From an uncultured Desulfobacterales bacterium (GTDB lineage: Bacteria > Desulfobacterota > Desulfobaccia > Desulfobaccales > 0-14-0-80-60-11), in contig CAZFWX010000001.1 in the NCBI GenBank assembly GCA_964522695.1, forward strand, positions 1,517 to 65,516: a stretch of DNA of 64,000 bases, read 5' to 3'. A model generated the notes under the pieces. It had not been told where the DNA came from. It saw only the letters and a list, made by a program, of their open reading frames with translations, and searched no databases. Made by a program: the position numbers and the translations under genes. The first letter of the stretch is position 1. Each line of letters opens with the position of its first letter. Below, in pieces: positions 28,071-37,840 of this stretch.

Positions 28071-28134
28071 AAAAATGTAGAGCAGGCGCCCTCGCCTGCA
28101 ACAGTACAGCCGGGGCTGGCTGTTCTACATTTTT
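28071..28134. repeat. 64-bp hairpin element with 15-bp arms (AAAAATGTAGAGCAG..CTGTTCTACATTTTT, 1 mismatch) abutting the chelatase start
   Basis: Inverted repeat read directly from the sequence. Confidence 0.45.
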
Positions 28135-28515
28135 CTGGTCATGCGGGTATTGACTCGGCTCTGAAAATGTCTCGTAGGGCGCGTCTTACGCGCTAAAGAT
28201 GGTGCGTGAGACGCACCCTACACCACACCGGCTACACCGCACCGGCTGGAAAGTCTGCGCCATCTATCTTGCGCTGTTACGTAAAGTTCGGTAGCGCGGG
28301 AAAGCGAAGCGCATCCCGCCACTTGCATAGCCCAGGCTGGGAAGCCTGTGCCACCAAGACTTTCATGGTTTTTGGTGTTCCTTTGGAACTTGAAAGGCTC
28401 GTTCCCAAGCTCCTGCTTGTAAACGGACTTGGACGTCAACCTCTGGTTGACATCCAAAGCGGAGCTTTGGTGACCAAAGGGTTCCCAAGCGGGAGCCTGG
28501 GGACCAGGGAATATC

Positions 28516-28830
28516 CTATAACTGCAAATCCTCATTTACCCGCACATCCCGCTCAATGCGCTCCGCCAGTTTCGTGTCTCGGGCCATTTCCAGGTCGTAG
28601 TGCATCTGCAAATTCAGCCAGAATTGGGGGGTGCTGTGGAAATATTTGGCCAGGCGCAGGGCTGTGTCCACGGTGATGCTGCGGTGTTTGCGGATGATGT
28701 CGTTGATGCGCTGAACTGGCACCCCTAAATCCCGGGCCAGGCGGTTCTGGCTGATCCTCAGGGGCTTGAGATACTCCTCCAGAAGAATTTCGCCGGGATG
28801 AACGGGAGAAAGCTTTCCTTGAGCCATCAC
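28516..28830 (-). CDS. higA: HigA-family antitoxin (XRE HTH)
   Basis: VHPGEILLEEYLKPLRISQNRLARDLGVPVQRINDIIRKHRSIT. Confidence 0.9.
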   Translation of the reverse strand: MMAQGKLSPVHPGEILLEEYLKPLRISQNRLARDLGVPVQRINDIIRKHRSITVDTALRLAKYFHSTPQFWLNLQMHYDLEMARDTKLAERIERDVRVNEDLQL

Positions 28831-28836
28831 TTCACC

Positions 28837-29118
28837 TCAATGATAATCAACGATTTCCACTTCATGGGCATCTGACCCCTGCCAGATGAAACAGAGGCGA
28901 AACTGGTCATTTATTCTGATGCTGTACTGTCCTTTCCGGGCGCCCCGCAAGGCCTCAAGACGGTTGCCCGGGGGACTCCGTAAATCCTCGAGAGCTTCAG
29001 CGGCATCCAGCATCCACAGCTTCCGCAAAGCCGCCCGGTGGATATCCGGAGGGAACTTCTTCGCCGGACGGCGTTGCCAGAGCAGTTCCGTATCCTTGCT
29101 GCGGAAGGATTTGATCAC
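28837..29118 (-). CDS. higB: HigB-family (RelE/ParE superfamily) toxin
   Basis: MIKSFRSKDTELLW..LDAAEALEDLRSPPGNRLEALRGARKGQYSIRINDQFRLCF. Toxin-first order, 6 nt upstream of higA. Confidence 0.9.
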   Translation of the reverse strand: MIKSFRSKDTELLWQRRPAKKFPPDIHRAALRKLWMLDAAEALEDLRSPPGNRLEALRGARKGQYSIRINDQFRLCFIWQGSDAHEVEIVDYH

Positions 29119-29301
29119 AAGAAAAGTTTATGATGGGAAAGGTATCATGTCAAGCATGAAGGGTCTTTGAGAACCAGGGCCTTCATGCGAAAATCCTGAC
29201 CCGCCAAGGGGGGCGAAGGAGTAAACCGGACGATAAGACGGCATGTCAATCGTTAGATTTTGGGGGAAAGCCATGCTGGCGGCAGCTTTCCCCCTGGTGT
29301 T

Positions 29302-29712
29302 TCACATTCCCAGCTTGCCTTTCAGCAGTGTAAAGCCCTTTTCCAGGAGGCCCCCTTCCGGCAGGGCGCCTTCCGGGGTGAGCTTGTCGATGATCTGGGG
29401 CAGCAGTCCGGAGAGTTTCTGGGCGGCCTCTTCGCGGCTCAGACCCAGTTGCGCGGCAACGTCCTCAATGGTCCGGCCGCCCAGGGCCTGCTGGAGCTGC
29501 TCCGCAGAGACGGGCAGATTTTCCCCCGTGCTGATCCAGGAACTCACTTCCTGGCCCAGGCCGCCTGCCTGCAGCCGTTGCACCAGCCCGGCCAGGCCGC
29601 CGGTGTCCGGATTGTTGACCAGGCCAAGGGCCTGCTCCAGGAGGCCGCCCTGTTCCTCGCCTCCGCCCAGTTGTTTCTTCAGGAAATTTACCGCGTCGTC
29701 AAACAGTCCCAT
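29302..29712 (-). CDS. YidB/DUF937 family protein
   Basis: MGLFDD..GGLAGLVQRLQAGGLGQEVSSWISTGENLPVSAEQLQQALG. Confidence 0.75.
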   Translation of the reverse strand: MGLFDDAVNFLKKQLGGGEEQGGLLEQALGLVNNPDTGGLAGLVQRLQAGGLGQEVSSWISTGENLPVSAEQLQQALGGRTIEDVAAQLGLSREEAAQKLSGLLPQIIDKLTPEGALPEGGLLEKGFTLLKGKLGM

Positions 29713-29796
29713 GGCGTCCTCCTGCGGCGGAGCCTCCACCCGCTTTAATTGATGAAAGATTTATGCGACCTGCACAGAACCGGCCCCGCCGGATAA

Positions 29797-30297
29797 TTAC
29801 GGCGCCGGCGGCTTCGAGGGCTTCCCCCCTTTGGTGTTGTCAATGACCTCTTTTTTCACCACCTTGCCTTTGTCCAGGGTGAGCACCAGGTCCCGCTCAT
29901 GCACGGACAGGTACCCCATGTGCACATAATGGATAACTTTGCCTTCGGGGATCCGCAAGGTCCCGCTGAACCAGGTGGCGGGCACCCGGCCCTTGCTGCC
30001 CGGAAAAAGGGCCTCCAGCCCCACCTCGCCCTTATCGGTCCAGGCCTGGATGTCTTTCAGGTAAAGCATGCCCCGGTCGATCTCCCAGACGGCCACATAG
30101 CCCCGCCAGTTGGCGGTATGGGGCGAACGGAAAGGGGGACGGGGGTTGTCCGGGCCGTAATATTTTTCCAGGGGATTGCTGTAGAGGAAATGCTTCTGAC
30201 CGTCGATGAAGATAATGTCCGGAAACTGGGCGGTGGCCAGCGCCGGCGCCGGCATGAGCGCCCCCAGCAGGGCCAGGGCCAGAAATACCTTGGGCAT
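29797..30297 (-). CDS. Secreted hypothetical protein
   Basis: Signal peptide MPKVFLALALLGALMPAPALA|TA. No family recognised. Confidence 0.6.
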   Translation of the reverse strand: MPKVFLALALLGALMPAPALATAQFPDIIFIDGQKHFLYSNPLEKYYGPDNPRPPFRSPHTANWRGYVAVWEIDRGMLYLKDIQAWTDKGEVGLEALFPGSKGRVPATWFSGTLRIPEGKVIHYVHMGYLSVHERDLVLTLDKGKVVKKEVIDNTKGGKPSKPPAP

Positions 30298-30333
30298 GAC
30301 GGACTCCCTTCTTCCCTTCACAGTGGCGGGCGC

Positions 30334-30816
30334 TTAGCGGTTGGTGGTGATATACCACAGGCCGGCCAGGACCAGGAGGAAAATCAGCAAAATGGCCAGA
30401 ATGGAGAACCGGGCCGATTTGGCCGGAGTGAGCGGCCGCGGCGCGGGCTGCGGCATTTGCTCCCGGTTTTCCACGCGGCGGTGCAGCCAGAAAGGCCAGA
30501 GTGTGGCGTCACCGCTCAGAAACTCCAGTCGCACCGGCAGGGCGAAGGGAAATTTCCTCTGGTAATCAGGCTGATAGCGTTCCGCATAATACCGGAACCG
30601 CACTTCCCGGGGCTCAGGGTCCCGCCGGTTGGCGGGATCGTAATATTCGGCGTAGGCCGCCTGCAAATAAGCAATGCCCAGGCGCAGATACCCGGCCCGG
30701 TTGCCTGTGAGTTCCGAGGACCAGTCGTCGCTCAGATGCTGTTCGAGCCACGCTTGTTCCTGCGGGACGGCCTCATCCAGTGCGGCGATGAGTCTTTTGA
30801 TTTTATCATCATCCAT
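30334..30816 (-). CDS. C-terminally membrane-anchored hypothetical protein
   Basis: Start placed at MDDDKIKRL. Single C-terminal TM segment FSILAILLIFLLVLAGLWYI. Confidence 0.55.
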   Translation of the reverse strand: MDDDKIKRLIAALDEAVPQEQAWLEQHLSDDWSSELTGNRAGYLRLGIAYLQAAYAEYYDPANRRDPEPREVRFRYYAERYQPDYQRKFPFALPVRLEFLSGDATLWPFWLHRRVENREQMPQPAPRPLTPAKSARFSILAILLIFLLVLAGLWYITTNR

Positions 30817-30841
30817 GAAAAGCTCCACCGCCGGCCCGCGC

Positions 30842-31195
30842 TTATTCCGGCAGGGAAGGCATGGCCAGCCGCAGGGCCGCGGCGGCCGCCACAGGGACCA
30901 GGGAGAGGCCCAAGGATACGGCCCGCCAGGGTGTTGCCGGCGCAAAGGACAGCCCCCACCTGAGCCAGGCGGCGGTGATGGAGGCCAGGGTGATCCCCAG
31001 GACCTCTATGACAAAATTGGACAGGGTGGCCACGGAGCCGATCCTGGCGGCGATGAGGGCGAACCAGAGGGGCAGCCCCAGGAAGGGCGAAGCGTAATCC
31101 CACCAGGTGGCGGACTGGCGCTGACGCATGAGCCGCACCGGCAGCAGCGCCAGGACTCCCAGGAGCAGCAGGGCGAGGGCGGAGAAGGCGATCAT
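30842..31195 (-). CDS. Small integral membrane protein (about 4 TM)
   Basis: Hydrophobic throughout. 25 nt upstream of the next gene. Confidence 0.55.
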   Translation of the reverse strand: MIAFSALALLLLGVLALLPVRLMRQRQSATWWDYASPFLGLPLWFALIAARIGSVATLSNFVIEVLGITLASITAAWLRWGLSFAPATPWRAVSLGLSLVPVAAAAALRLAMPSLPE

Positions 31196-31443
31196 GACAG
31201 GAAAATCCTTCTTTCATTATAGGGCTTAACGACGCGGATGGCGAGGGGAAGGGTGGAAGAAAGAGGTTTGGGGGTTGTCCGCCACAGTCGCGCTCGAGCC
31301 TGCGGCCCTCTCAAGGCTGTGAAAAATTTGCTGGCGCAGGGTTTCCAGCCTGCGCCCACGGGAATCGCTTAGGGACGTCCGATATCTTTTCCTGCACTTG
31401 CGTCACTTCTTGTTTGAAAAGCCGCACCTGTCTGATACGTCAG

Positions 31444-31583
31444 GTAGCACAGGCGTCCTCACCTGTGCCGTTGCTTTGGTTCCGCTATTCCCCACCAACT
31501 ACTTCAGTGGAGTCCCCCTCATCCTCCCTCTCCCCCATGGGGGAGAGGGGGCCAAAGAGCACCGGTGAGGACACCTGTGCTAC
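31444..31583. mobile_element. MITE-like 140-bp element: 20-bp terminal inverted repeats (1 mismatch) flanking a perfect 24-nt palindrome
   Basis: Left arm GTAGCACAGGCGTCCTCACC (31444-31463). Right arm GGTGAGGACACCTGTGCTAC (31564-31583). Central CCCTCTCCCCCATGGGGGAGAGGG (31526-31549). No coding capacity. Confidence 0.4.
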
Positions 31584-31705
31584 TAGAGTCCGGCCAATGC
31601 CCGCCGCCTTCCTTTTCCTTCTTCTTTTCCCAATTTCCCCTTCCCGGTCTTTCTCTGAAAACCACTTCCCTCCTTCCCTTCCCCCCACAAAATTCCCCAA
31701 TTCCC

Positions 31706-31735
31706 TTGACCGGTTGCGCCCGGGTGTGGTAATTT
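31706..31735 (+). promoter_or_regulatory. Candidate sigma-70 promoter for paaK (TTGACC - 17 nt - GTAATT)
   Basis: Hexamers read from the sequence. Weak -10 element. Confidence 0.3.
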
Positions 31736-31771
31736 TTCATGATTGAATCACTTACAGGAGTCCGTTTTTCC

Positions 31772-33085
31772 ATGATTTACGACATAGAAAACGAAACCCG
31801 TCCCCGGGAGGACCTGGAGGCGCTGCAACTGACGCGTCTTAAGGCCGTAGTGGAGCGGGTCTATCACCTGGTGCCCTTCTACCGCCGTCGCCTGGACGAA
31901 GCGGGGGTGAAGCCCGAGGACATCCGCAGTCTGGCGGATCTTTCGCGCCTCCCCTTCACCACCAAGCAGGACCTCAGGGACAACTATCCCTTCGGCATGT
32001 TCGCCGCGCCCATGGAGCAGATCGTGCGGCTGCACGCCTCCTCGGGCACCACCGGCAAGCCCACCCCCGTGGGCTACACGGCCCGGGACATCAACACCTG
32101 GTCCGAGCTCATCGCCCGCACCCTGGCCGCGGGCGGCGTCACCCGGGGCGATATCGTCCACGTGGCCTACGGTTATGGCCTCTTTACCGGCGGCTTAGGC
32201 TTCCACTATGGCGTCGAGCGCCTGGGGGCCACGGTCATCCCCGTTTCCGGCGGCCAGACCCGGCGCCAGATCATGCTCATACAGGACTTCAAACCCAATG
32301 CCATCTGCTGCACCCCGTCCTTTGCCCTGTATCTGGCCGAAGTGGGGCAGGAAATGGGCGTGGACTTCGCCAGGACCAGCCTCAGGGTGGGCTTCCACGG
32401 CGCCGAGCCCTGGAGCGAGGCCATGCGCCACGAAATCGAGCAGCGCCTGCACCTCGACGCGCTGGACATCTACGGCCTGTCTGAAATCATCGGCCCGGGC
32501 GTGGGCATCGAGTGCATTGAAGCCAAAAAAGGCTTGCACATCTTCGAGGACCACTTCCTGCCGGAGATCATCAACCCGGCCACCCTGGAGCAGTTGCCCT
32601 CGGGCGAAACGGGGGAACTGGTCATCACTACCCTCACCAAGGAAGCTTTCCCGCTGTTGCGCTACCGCACCCGGGATATCACCTCGCTCAATCTCACGCC
32701 CTGCGCCTGCGGCCGCACCATCGGCCGCATCACCCGCCTCCAGGGCCGGAGCGACGACATGCTCATCATCCGGGGCGTGAACGTCTTTCCCTCACAGATC
32801 GAGTCCGTGCTGGTGGAGACCCCCGGCGTGGCCCCGCACTACCAACTCATCGTGGAGCGGGAGGGGCACCTGGACACTCTGGAGGTGCAGGTGGAAGTGG
32901 ATGAGGCCACGTTCAGTGACGAGGTCAAGCAGTTGCAGACCCTGGCCAAACGCATCGAGCGGCAGATTAAGGATTACTTCACCGTGTCCGTCAAGGTGCG
33001 CCTGGTGGAGCCCCGCACCATCCCCAGAAGCGAAGGCAAGGCCCAGCGCGTCATCGACCGGCGCAAGACCACCGAGGGAGCTTAG
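31772..33085 (+). CDS. paaK: Phenylacetate-CoA ligase family (PaaK-like aryl/acyl-CoA ligase)
   Basis: [43 protein letters not shown] and [12 protein letters not shown]-binding motif. Confidence 0.85.
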   Translation: MIYDIENETRPREDLEALQLTRLKAVVERVYHLVPFYRRRLDEAGVKPEDIRSLADLSRLPFTTKQDLRDNYPFGMFAAPMEQIVRLHASSGTTGKPTPVGYTARDINTWSELIARTLAAGGVTRGDIVHVAYGYGLFTGGLGFHYGVERLGATVIPVSGGQTRRQIMLIQDFKPNAICCTPSFALYLAEVGQEMGVDFARTSLRVGFHGAEPWSEAMRHEIEQRLHLDALDIYGLSEIIGPGVGIECIEAKKGLHIFEDHFLPEIINPATLEQLPSGETGELVITTLTKEAFPLLRYRTRDITSLNLTPCACGRTIGRITRLQGRSDDMLIIRGVNVFPSQIESVLVETPGVAPHYQLIVEREGHLDTLEVQVEVDEATFSDEVKQLQTLAKRIERQIKDYFTVSVKVRLVEPRTIPRSEGKAQRVIDRRKTTEGA

Positions 33086-33087
33086 AC

Positions 33088-33519
33088 ATGAAAGTGGAGC
33101 AGATCTCCGTTTTCCTGGAAAACAAGGCCGGGCGGCTGGCCGAAGTAACCCGTACGCTGGGCGACGCGGGCGTCAGCATCCGGGCTTTATCTTTGGCCGA
33201 CACCACCGATTTCGGCATCCTGCGCCTCATCGTCGATCAATACGAGAAGGCCCGGGAAGTCCTGAAGGCCAAAGGTTTCACCGTGGGCATGACGGAAGTG
33301 GTGGCCATCGAGGTGCCCGACCGTCCCGGCGGCCTGGCCTCGGTCTTGCAGGTACTGTCCCAGGCTGGCATCAACGTGGAGTATATGTACGCCTTTGTGC
33401 AGCACAGCGGCAAGAACGCGGTCATCATTTTCCGCTTCGACAATCTGGAGGAAGCCATCAAAATCCTCCAGAAAGAAGGCATCCATATCTACAAGGGTGA
33501 GGAGGTCTACCGGCTTTAG
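33088..33519 (+). CDS. ACT-domain protein (PaaK-associated)
   Basis: Tandem ACT-like segments ([34 protein letters not shown]..). 2 nt after paaK. Confidence 0.8.
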   Translation: MKVEQISVFLENKAGRLAEVTRTLGDAGVSIRALSLADTTDFGILRLIVDQYEKAREVLKAKGFTVGMTEVVAIEVPDRPGGLASVLQVLSQAGINVEYMYAFVQHSGKNAVIIFRFDNLEEAIKILQKEGIHIYKGEEVYRL

Positions 33520-33609
33520 CCGGGGACTGAGCTTCCTTGCGGGCCGGGCCAGGCGGCGCGCCGTCCGCACGCGTTGATTTCATTGCCGCACCCCAAATCG
33601 GAGGAATCC

Positions 33610-34770
33610 ATGAAAATCCGGTCAGGCATCGCCTTAGCAGCCGTGTTGATGGTTGCGGGAGTTTTCTCCCTGTCTTTGAGCCCCGCCCTGGCGGCGGAAC
33701 CTTTCGTCATCGGCGGCATCTTCTCCGCCACCGGCCCCCATTCCTATCTGGGCGACCCGGAAAAGAAAACCATGGAGATGCTGGCTGCGGCCATCAATGC
33801 CAAGGGGGGCATCATGGGCACGCCGGTGAAGGTGATCATTGAAGACGACGAAGGAGACTCCACCAAGGCCCGCCTCCACGCCGAAAAGCTGGTGCACAAA
33901 GACAAGGTCCTGGCCGTCATCGGCCCCAGCCTCACCCCCACTAGCTTGAGCGCCCTGGAGGTCACCCAGAAGGCCAAGGTGCCCATGATCTCCTGTGCGG
34001 CCGCGGCGGAAATCACCGCGCCTGCGGACCAGCGCCAGTATGTCTTTAAGACCGCCCAGACAGACCAGATGGCCGTGGCCCGGATTTTGGCCTATCTCAA
34101 GAAAAAAGGCCTGACCAAGGCGGCCATCATCACCGTCACCAGCAGCTTCGGCGAGGCCGGCAAGAAACAGCTTCTGGCTCAGGCGGGACCGGCCGGCATC
34201 GAGATCGTGGCCCAGGAATCCTTCGGCGACAAGGACACGGACATGACCCCGCAGCTCACCAACATCAAGGGGAAAAATCCCCAAGTGGTGATCTGCTGGG
34301 GCACAGGGCCAGCCCCGGCCCTGGTGGCCAAGAATATGAAGCAGCTGGGTATGACCATGCCCCTGGTGCAGAGCCACGGCGCAGCCTCCCAGAAGTTCAT
34401 CGAACTGGCCGGTGACGCCGCAAACGGCATCCTCATGCCCGCAGGCAAACTGGTGATCTACAAGCTCCTGCCCGACAGCGACCCCCAGAAGGCGGTGTGC
34501 GCGAAGTACGATGAGGAGTTCCAGGCCAAGTACAACAAGCCCGCCTCCAGCTTCGGCGGCTACGCCTACGACGCCATGGGCATGCTCATCGTCGCCCTGC
34601 AGGATGCCGGCGCCAACCGTGACAAGATCCGGGACGCTTTGGAGAAGACCAAGGGCCACATTGGCGTAAGCGGCGTCTTCAACATGAGCCCCCAGGATCA
34701 CAACGGCCTGACCCCCGACGCCTTCGTCATCGTCAAGATCGACAAGGGCGCCTTCGTCCTGGCTGATTAG
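33610..34770 (+). CDS. Periplasmic branched-chain/aromatic amino-acid ABC substrate-binding protein (LivK/Peripla_BP_6)
   Basis: Signal peptide. IGGIFSATGPHSYLGD..AVIGP motifs. RBS GGAGG. Confidence 0.85.
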   Translation: MKIRSGIALAAVLMVAGVFSLSLSPALAAEPFVIGGIFSATGPHSYLGDPEKKTMEMLAAAINAKGGIMGTPVKVIIEDDEGDSTKARLHAEKLVHKDKVLAVIGPSLTPTSLSALEVTQKAKVPMISCAAAAEITAPADQRQYVFKTAQTDQMAVARILAYLKKKGLTKAAIITVTSSFGEAGKKQLLAQAGPAGIEIVAQESFGDKDTDMTPQLTNIKGKNPQVVICWGTGPAPALVAKNMKQLGMTMPLVQSHGAASQKFIELAGDAANGILMPAGKLVIYKLLPDSDPQKAVCAKYDEEFQAKYNKPASSFGGYAYDAMGMLIVALQDAGANRDKIRDALEKTKGHIGVSGVFNMSPQDHNGLTPDAFVIVKIDKGAFVLAD

Positions 34771-34846
34771 AGCCCTTGCACTGAGTTTGTGGGAGGAGGG
34801 CCGGGGCCGGGGGAGCCACAGCTCCCCTACCATCCTCGCACCCCCT

Positions 34847-35010
34847 CCAACCCCCTTTATTTGCCTGGTTAAGGCGGCCCAGGCTTCCAGTCTGCGTAGT
34901 CGCACAGGCAGGATGCCTGCTCCACTTAAAGCTTAAAGGGGTTGGGGGAGGGAGTTTGAGGGAAGGTGCAGGGGGCTTCGCCCCCTGGCCCTCTCCCTCA
35001 ATTTATCTTT
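34847..35010. repeat. Family-A nested palindromic element, second copy, also carrying a family-C motif (GGCTTCCAGTCTGCG..ACAGGCAGGATGCCTG)
   Basis: Shares the 13-mer CCAACCCCCTTTA, TTAAAGGGGTTGGGGGAGGG and GGGGGCTTCGCCCCCTGGCCC with 8973-9095. Confidence 0.6.
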
Positions 35011-35040
35011 CCTAAATTTTTCGCATCTCCCCCGGGAATT

Positions 35041-35910
35041 GTGGCTAACTTCGGCTCTTTACTCCAATTTCTGATTTCCGGCCTGACCAACGGCGCCATC
35101 TACGCCCTCATCGCTTTAGGGTTCGGCATCATTTACAACGCCACCACCATCATCAATTTCGCCCAGGGCGAGATGGTCATGCTGGGGGCCCTGTGCGCCA
35201 TCAGCCTCTATCATGTCTATCCCTCGCTGCCACTGGCCTTTACAGGCGGCGTGGCCCTGGTGACCGTGGTGGGCTTGCTCCTGGAGCGCCTGGCCCTCCG
35301 GCCCGCCCGGGACGTTACGCCCATTACCCTCATCATCATCACCGTGGGCGGGGCGGTGTTCATCAAAGGCCTGGCCATGATCTTCTGGGGCAAGGAGGCC
35401 TACACCCTGCCGCCGTTTACGGGCAGCACGCCCCTTCACCTGGGTCCGGCCACCCTGATGCCCCAGAATCTCTGGGTCCTGGGGGTGGGGGCCCTGGTGG
35501 TGATCCTGCTGGAAGCTTTCTTCCGCCTGACGCTGGCGGGCAAGGCCATGCGGGCCTGCGCCTACAACCAGCGAGCCGCCCGGCTGGTGGGCATTCCGGC
35601 TCACCGCATGGTGCAGCTCTCCTTCGGCCTGAGCGCCGGGCTGGGGGCAGCGGGAGGCATCCTCATCGCCCCCCTCACCCTGGGCGTCTATGACATGGGC
35701 ACCATGCTGGGTCTCAAGGGTTTTTGCGCCGCCATCCTGGGCGGCCTGGGCAGCAGCCTGGGGGGAGTTTTGGGCGGCCTCATCCTCGGGGTGGCCGAAG
35801 CCTTGTCCTCGGGACTCATCTCGTCGGGCTACAAAGACGCAGTAGCCTTTTTCATCCTGCTGGTGGTGCTTTTCTGGCGCCCCCAAGGCCTGGTGGGGGG
35901 CAAGGAGTGA
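35041..35910 (+). CDS. livH: Branched-chain amino-acid ABC permease LivH
   Basis: LLQFLISGLTNGAIYALIALGF start motif. GTG start chosen at 35041, because the upstream part of the ORF is a translated repeat element. Confidence 0.85.
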   Translation: MANFGSLLQFLISGLTNGAIYALIALGFGIIYNATTIINFAQGEMVMLGALCAISLYHVYPSLPLAFTGGVALVTVVGLLLERLALRPARDVTPITLIIITVGGAVFIKGLAMIFWGKEAYTLPPFTGSTPLHLGPATLMPQNLWVLGVGALVVILLEAFFRLTLAGKAMRACAYNQRAARLVGIPAHRMVQLSFGLSAGLGAAGGILIAPLTLGVYDMGTMLGLKGFCAAILGGLGSSLGGVLGGLILGVAEALSSGLISSGYKDAVAFFILLVVLFWRPQGLVGGKE

Positions 35911-36875
35911 AGCGCCTGGCCTTCCTTAACCCCGGCATCCTTTTTTTGCCGGTAATGCTGCTCACGTCTCTGGCGGTGCCCAACAACTACTACTTCACCC
36001 TCCTGAACATCATCGGCATCCACACCATTTTGACCCTGGGGCTGAACCTGCTCATGGGCTACGCCGGCCAGATTTCCCTGGGCCACGCCGCCTTTTTCGG
36101 TCTGGGGGCCTACACCTCCGGCATCCTCACCACGGCAGGCCTGGTGAACCCCTGGCTGGCCCTGGTCCTGGGGCTGGCGGTGTCGGGGATTGCGGCTTTT
36201 CTCATCGGCGTCCCGGTGCTCAAACTCCGGGGCTATTACCTGGCCATGGCCACCCTGGGCTTCGGGGTCATCGTTTACATCGTCTTCACCCAGGCCCAGC
36301 GTTTCACCGGCGGACCCTCAGGCCTCACCGGCATCCCTTCCTTAAGCCTCCTGGGCTTTGCCCTGGACACCCCCGGACGGCTCTACTTTCTCATCTGGGC
36401 CGCGGTGGGGCTGCTGCTGCTGCTCAGCGCCAACCTGGTGGACTCCCGGGTGGGGCGGGCGTTGCGGGCCCTGCACGACAGCGAGGTCGCGGCCCAGTCC
36501 CTGGCCGTGGACACCGCCCGCCTGAAGCTGCAAATCTTTATTCTGAGCGCCCTGTACGCTTCTTTGGCCGGCAGTCTCTACGCCCACGCCCTGAATTTTA
36601 TCGCCCCGTCCTCCTTTGACATCATGTTTTCCATCAAGCTGGTCACCATGGTAGTGGTGGGCGGCATGGCCAGCATCTGGGGCTCGCTCCTGGGCGCGGC
36701 GACGCTCACAGTCCTGCCGGAATTCCTGGCCTTCTTTCACGAATTCGAGATTGTCATTTACGGCGCCATTCTCATGGTGGTGATGATCTTTCTGCCCCGG
36801 GGTCTGCTGCGGGGCTTCTTAGAATTGTGGGATCGCCGCCGCCGGTCGCCCCAGGGAGGGCCACTCCCTGACTGA
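35907..36875 (+). CDS. livM: Branched-chain amino-acid ABC permease LivM
   Basis: GTG start overlapping the livH stop. GYAGQISLGHAAFFGLGAY motif. Confidence 0.85.
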   Translation: MKRLAFLNPGILFLPVMLLTSLAVPNNYYFTLLNIIGIHTILTLGLNLLMGYAGQISLGHAAFFGLGAYTSGILTTAGLVNPWLALVLGLAVSGIAAFLIGVPVLKLRGYYLAMATLGFGVIVYIVFTQAQRFTGGPSGLTGIPSLSLLGFALDTPGRLYFLIWAAVGLLLLLSANLVDSRVGRALRALHDSEVAAQSLAVDTARLKLQIFILSALYASLAGSLYAHALNFIAPSSFDIMFSIKLVTMVVVGGMASIWGSLLGAATLTVLPEFLAFFHEFEIVIYGAILMVVMIFLPRGLLRGFLELWDRRRRSPQGGPLPD

Positions 36876-36891
36876 AACCGCGCTCCTCCGG

Positions 36892-37644
36892 TTGGATGAC
36901 GTGTCCATCTCTTTCGGCGGCCTGGCCGCGCTGAACCAGGTGAGCTTTGCCGTGGAGTCCGGCACCGTCAAGGCCGTCATCGGGCCCAACGGCGCGGGCA
37001 AGACCACCCTGTTTCACCTTATCACCGGCTTCCTCACCCCCGAGGCCGGACGCATCGTATTCCAGGACGAAGAAATCCAGGGCCAGCCGGCCCACGCCAT
37101 CGCCGCCCGGGGCATTGCCCGCACCTTTCAGCTGGTCCAGCTCTTTGATCATCTCACCGTCCTGGAAAACATCATGGTGGGCCGCCATAGGCTCACCCGC
37201 TCGGGCCTGGTGGCGGGCGCCCTGCGATTGCCCCGCTCCCGCCGGGAGGAGGCGGCCATCCGCCGGGACGCCTGGGAATCTTTGGAATTCGTGGGCCTCA
37301 CCGGCCGGGCGCAGCAGTTGGCCGGGTCTTTGCCTTTGGGGCTCAAGCGCCTCCTGGAAATTGCCCGGGCCCTGGCCGCGGCGCCGAAGCTTTTGCTCCT
37401 GGATGAGCCCGCCTCGGGCCTGGACCCGGTGGAGACGGAGCGTCTGGGCGAGCGCATCATGGACCTGCGCCGCCGGGGGCTCACCGTGCTGTTGGTGGAG
37501 CACGACATGAGCCTCACCATGGAAGTGGCCGACGACATCGCGGTGCTCAGCTACGGCCGCCTCCTGGCCCAGGGCCCGCCCCGGGCCATCCAGCGGCATC
37601 CGGAGGTCATCGCCGCGTACCTGGGCACGGACTGGCAGGGCTGA
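36892..37644 (+). CDS. livG: ABC ATP-binding protein LivG
   Basis: Walker A GPNGAGKTT, signature LPLGLKRLLEIARAL, Walker B LLLLDEP. The true start may lie a few codons upstream. Confidence 0.85.
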   Translation: MDDVSISFGGLAALNQVSFAVESGTVKAVIGPNGAGKTTLFHLITGFLTPEAGRIVFQDEEIQGQPAHAIAARGIARTFQLVQLFDHLTVLENIMVGRHRLTRSGLVAGALRLPRSRREEAAIRRDAWESLEFVGLTGRAQQLAGSLPLGLKRLLEIARALAAAPKLLLLDEPASGLDPVETERLGERIMDLRRRGLTVLLVEHDMSLTMEVADDIAVLSYGRLLAQGPPRAIQRHPEVIAAYLGTDWQG

Positions 37645-37840
37645 ATTGTTTTGCAGGGCCGGAAAGCCCAGCGCACCCTGCCTTTCGGGGTGCTCTCTGG
37701 AAGTGCCTAAACTTAAGGTGCTGCATGCTTTCCAGTCTGCGAAGCCCAAATAGCAGGCGGAAAGCCGGCGATTACGAAAATTTCCTTGTTTTCAGATCAA
37801 AATATCAGCTCAGACGCCACTTCTGAGGGGAAAAGACGCC

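Noticed and set aside
33634-34905. Long antisense ORFs opposite real genes (for example 33634-34905, 26402-28153, 40764-41918, 60901-62832, 9774-10943, 18033-18998, 42120-43670)
   Set aside because: These are typical high-GC shadow ORFs: Arg/Gly/Pro/His-rich, with no family motifs, and each fully overlaps a strongly supported gene on the other strand.
34966-35040. Upstream part of the livH ORF (MQGASPPGPLPQFIFPKFF..) and the similar peptide in ORF 8914-9378
   Set aside because: Both are translations of the family-A repeat element (GGGGGCTxCGCCCCCTGGCCC). Identical pseudo-peptides at unrelated loci indicate DNA repeats, not protein.
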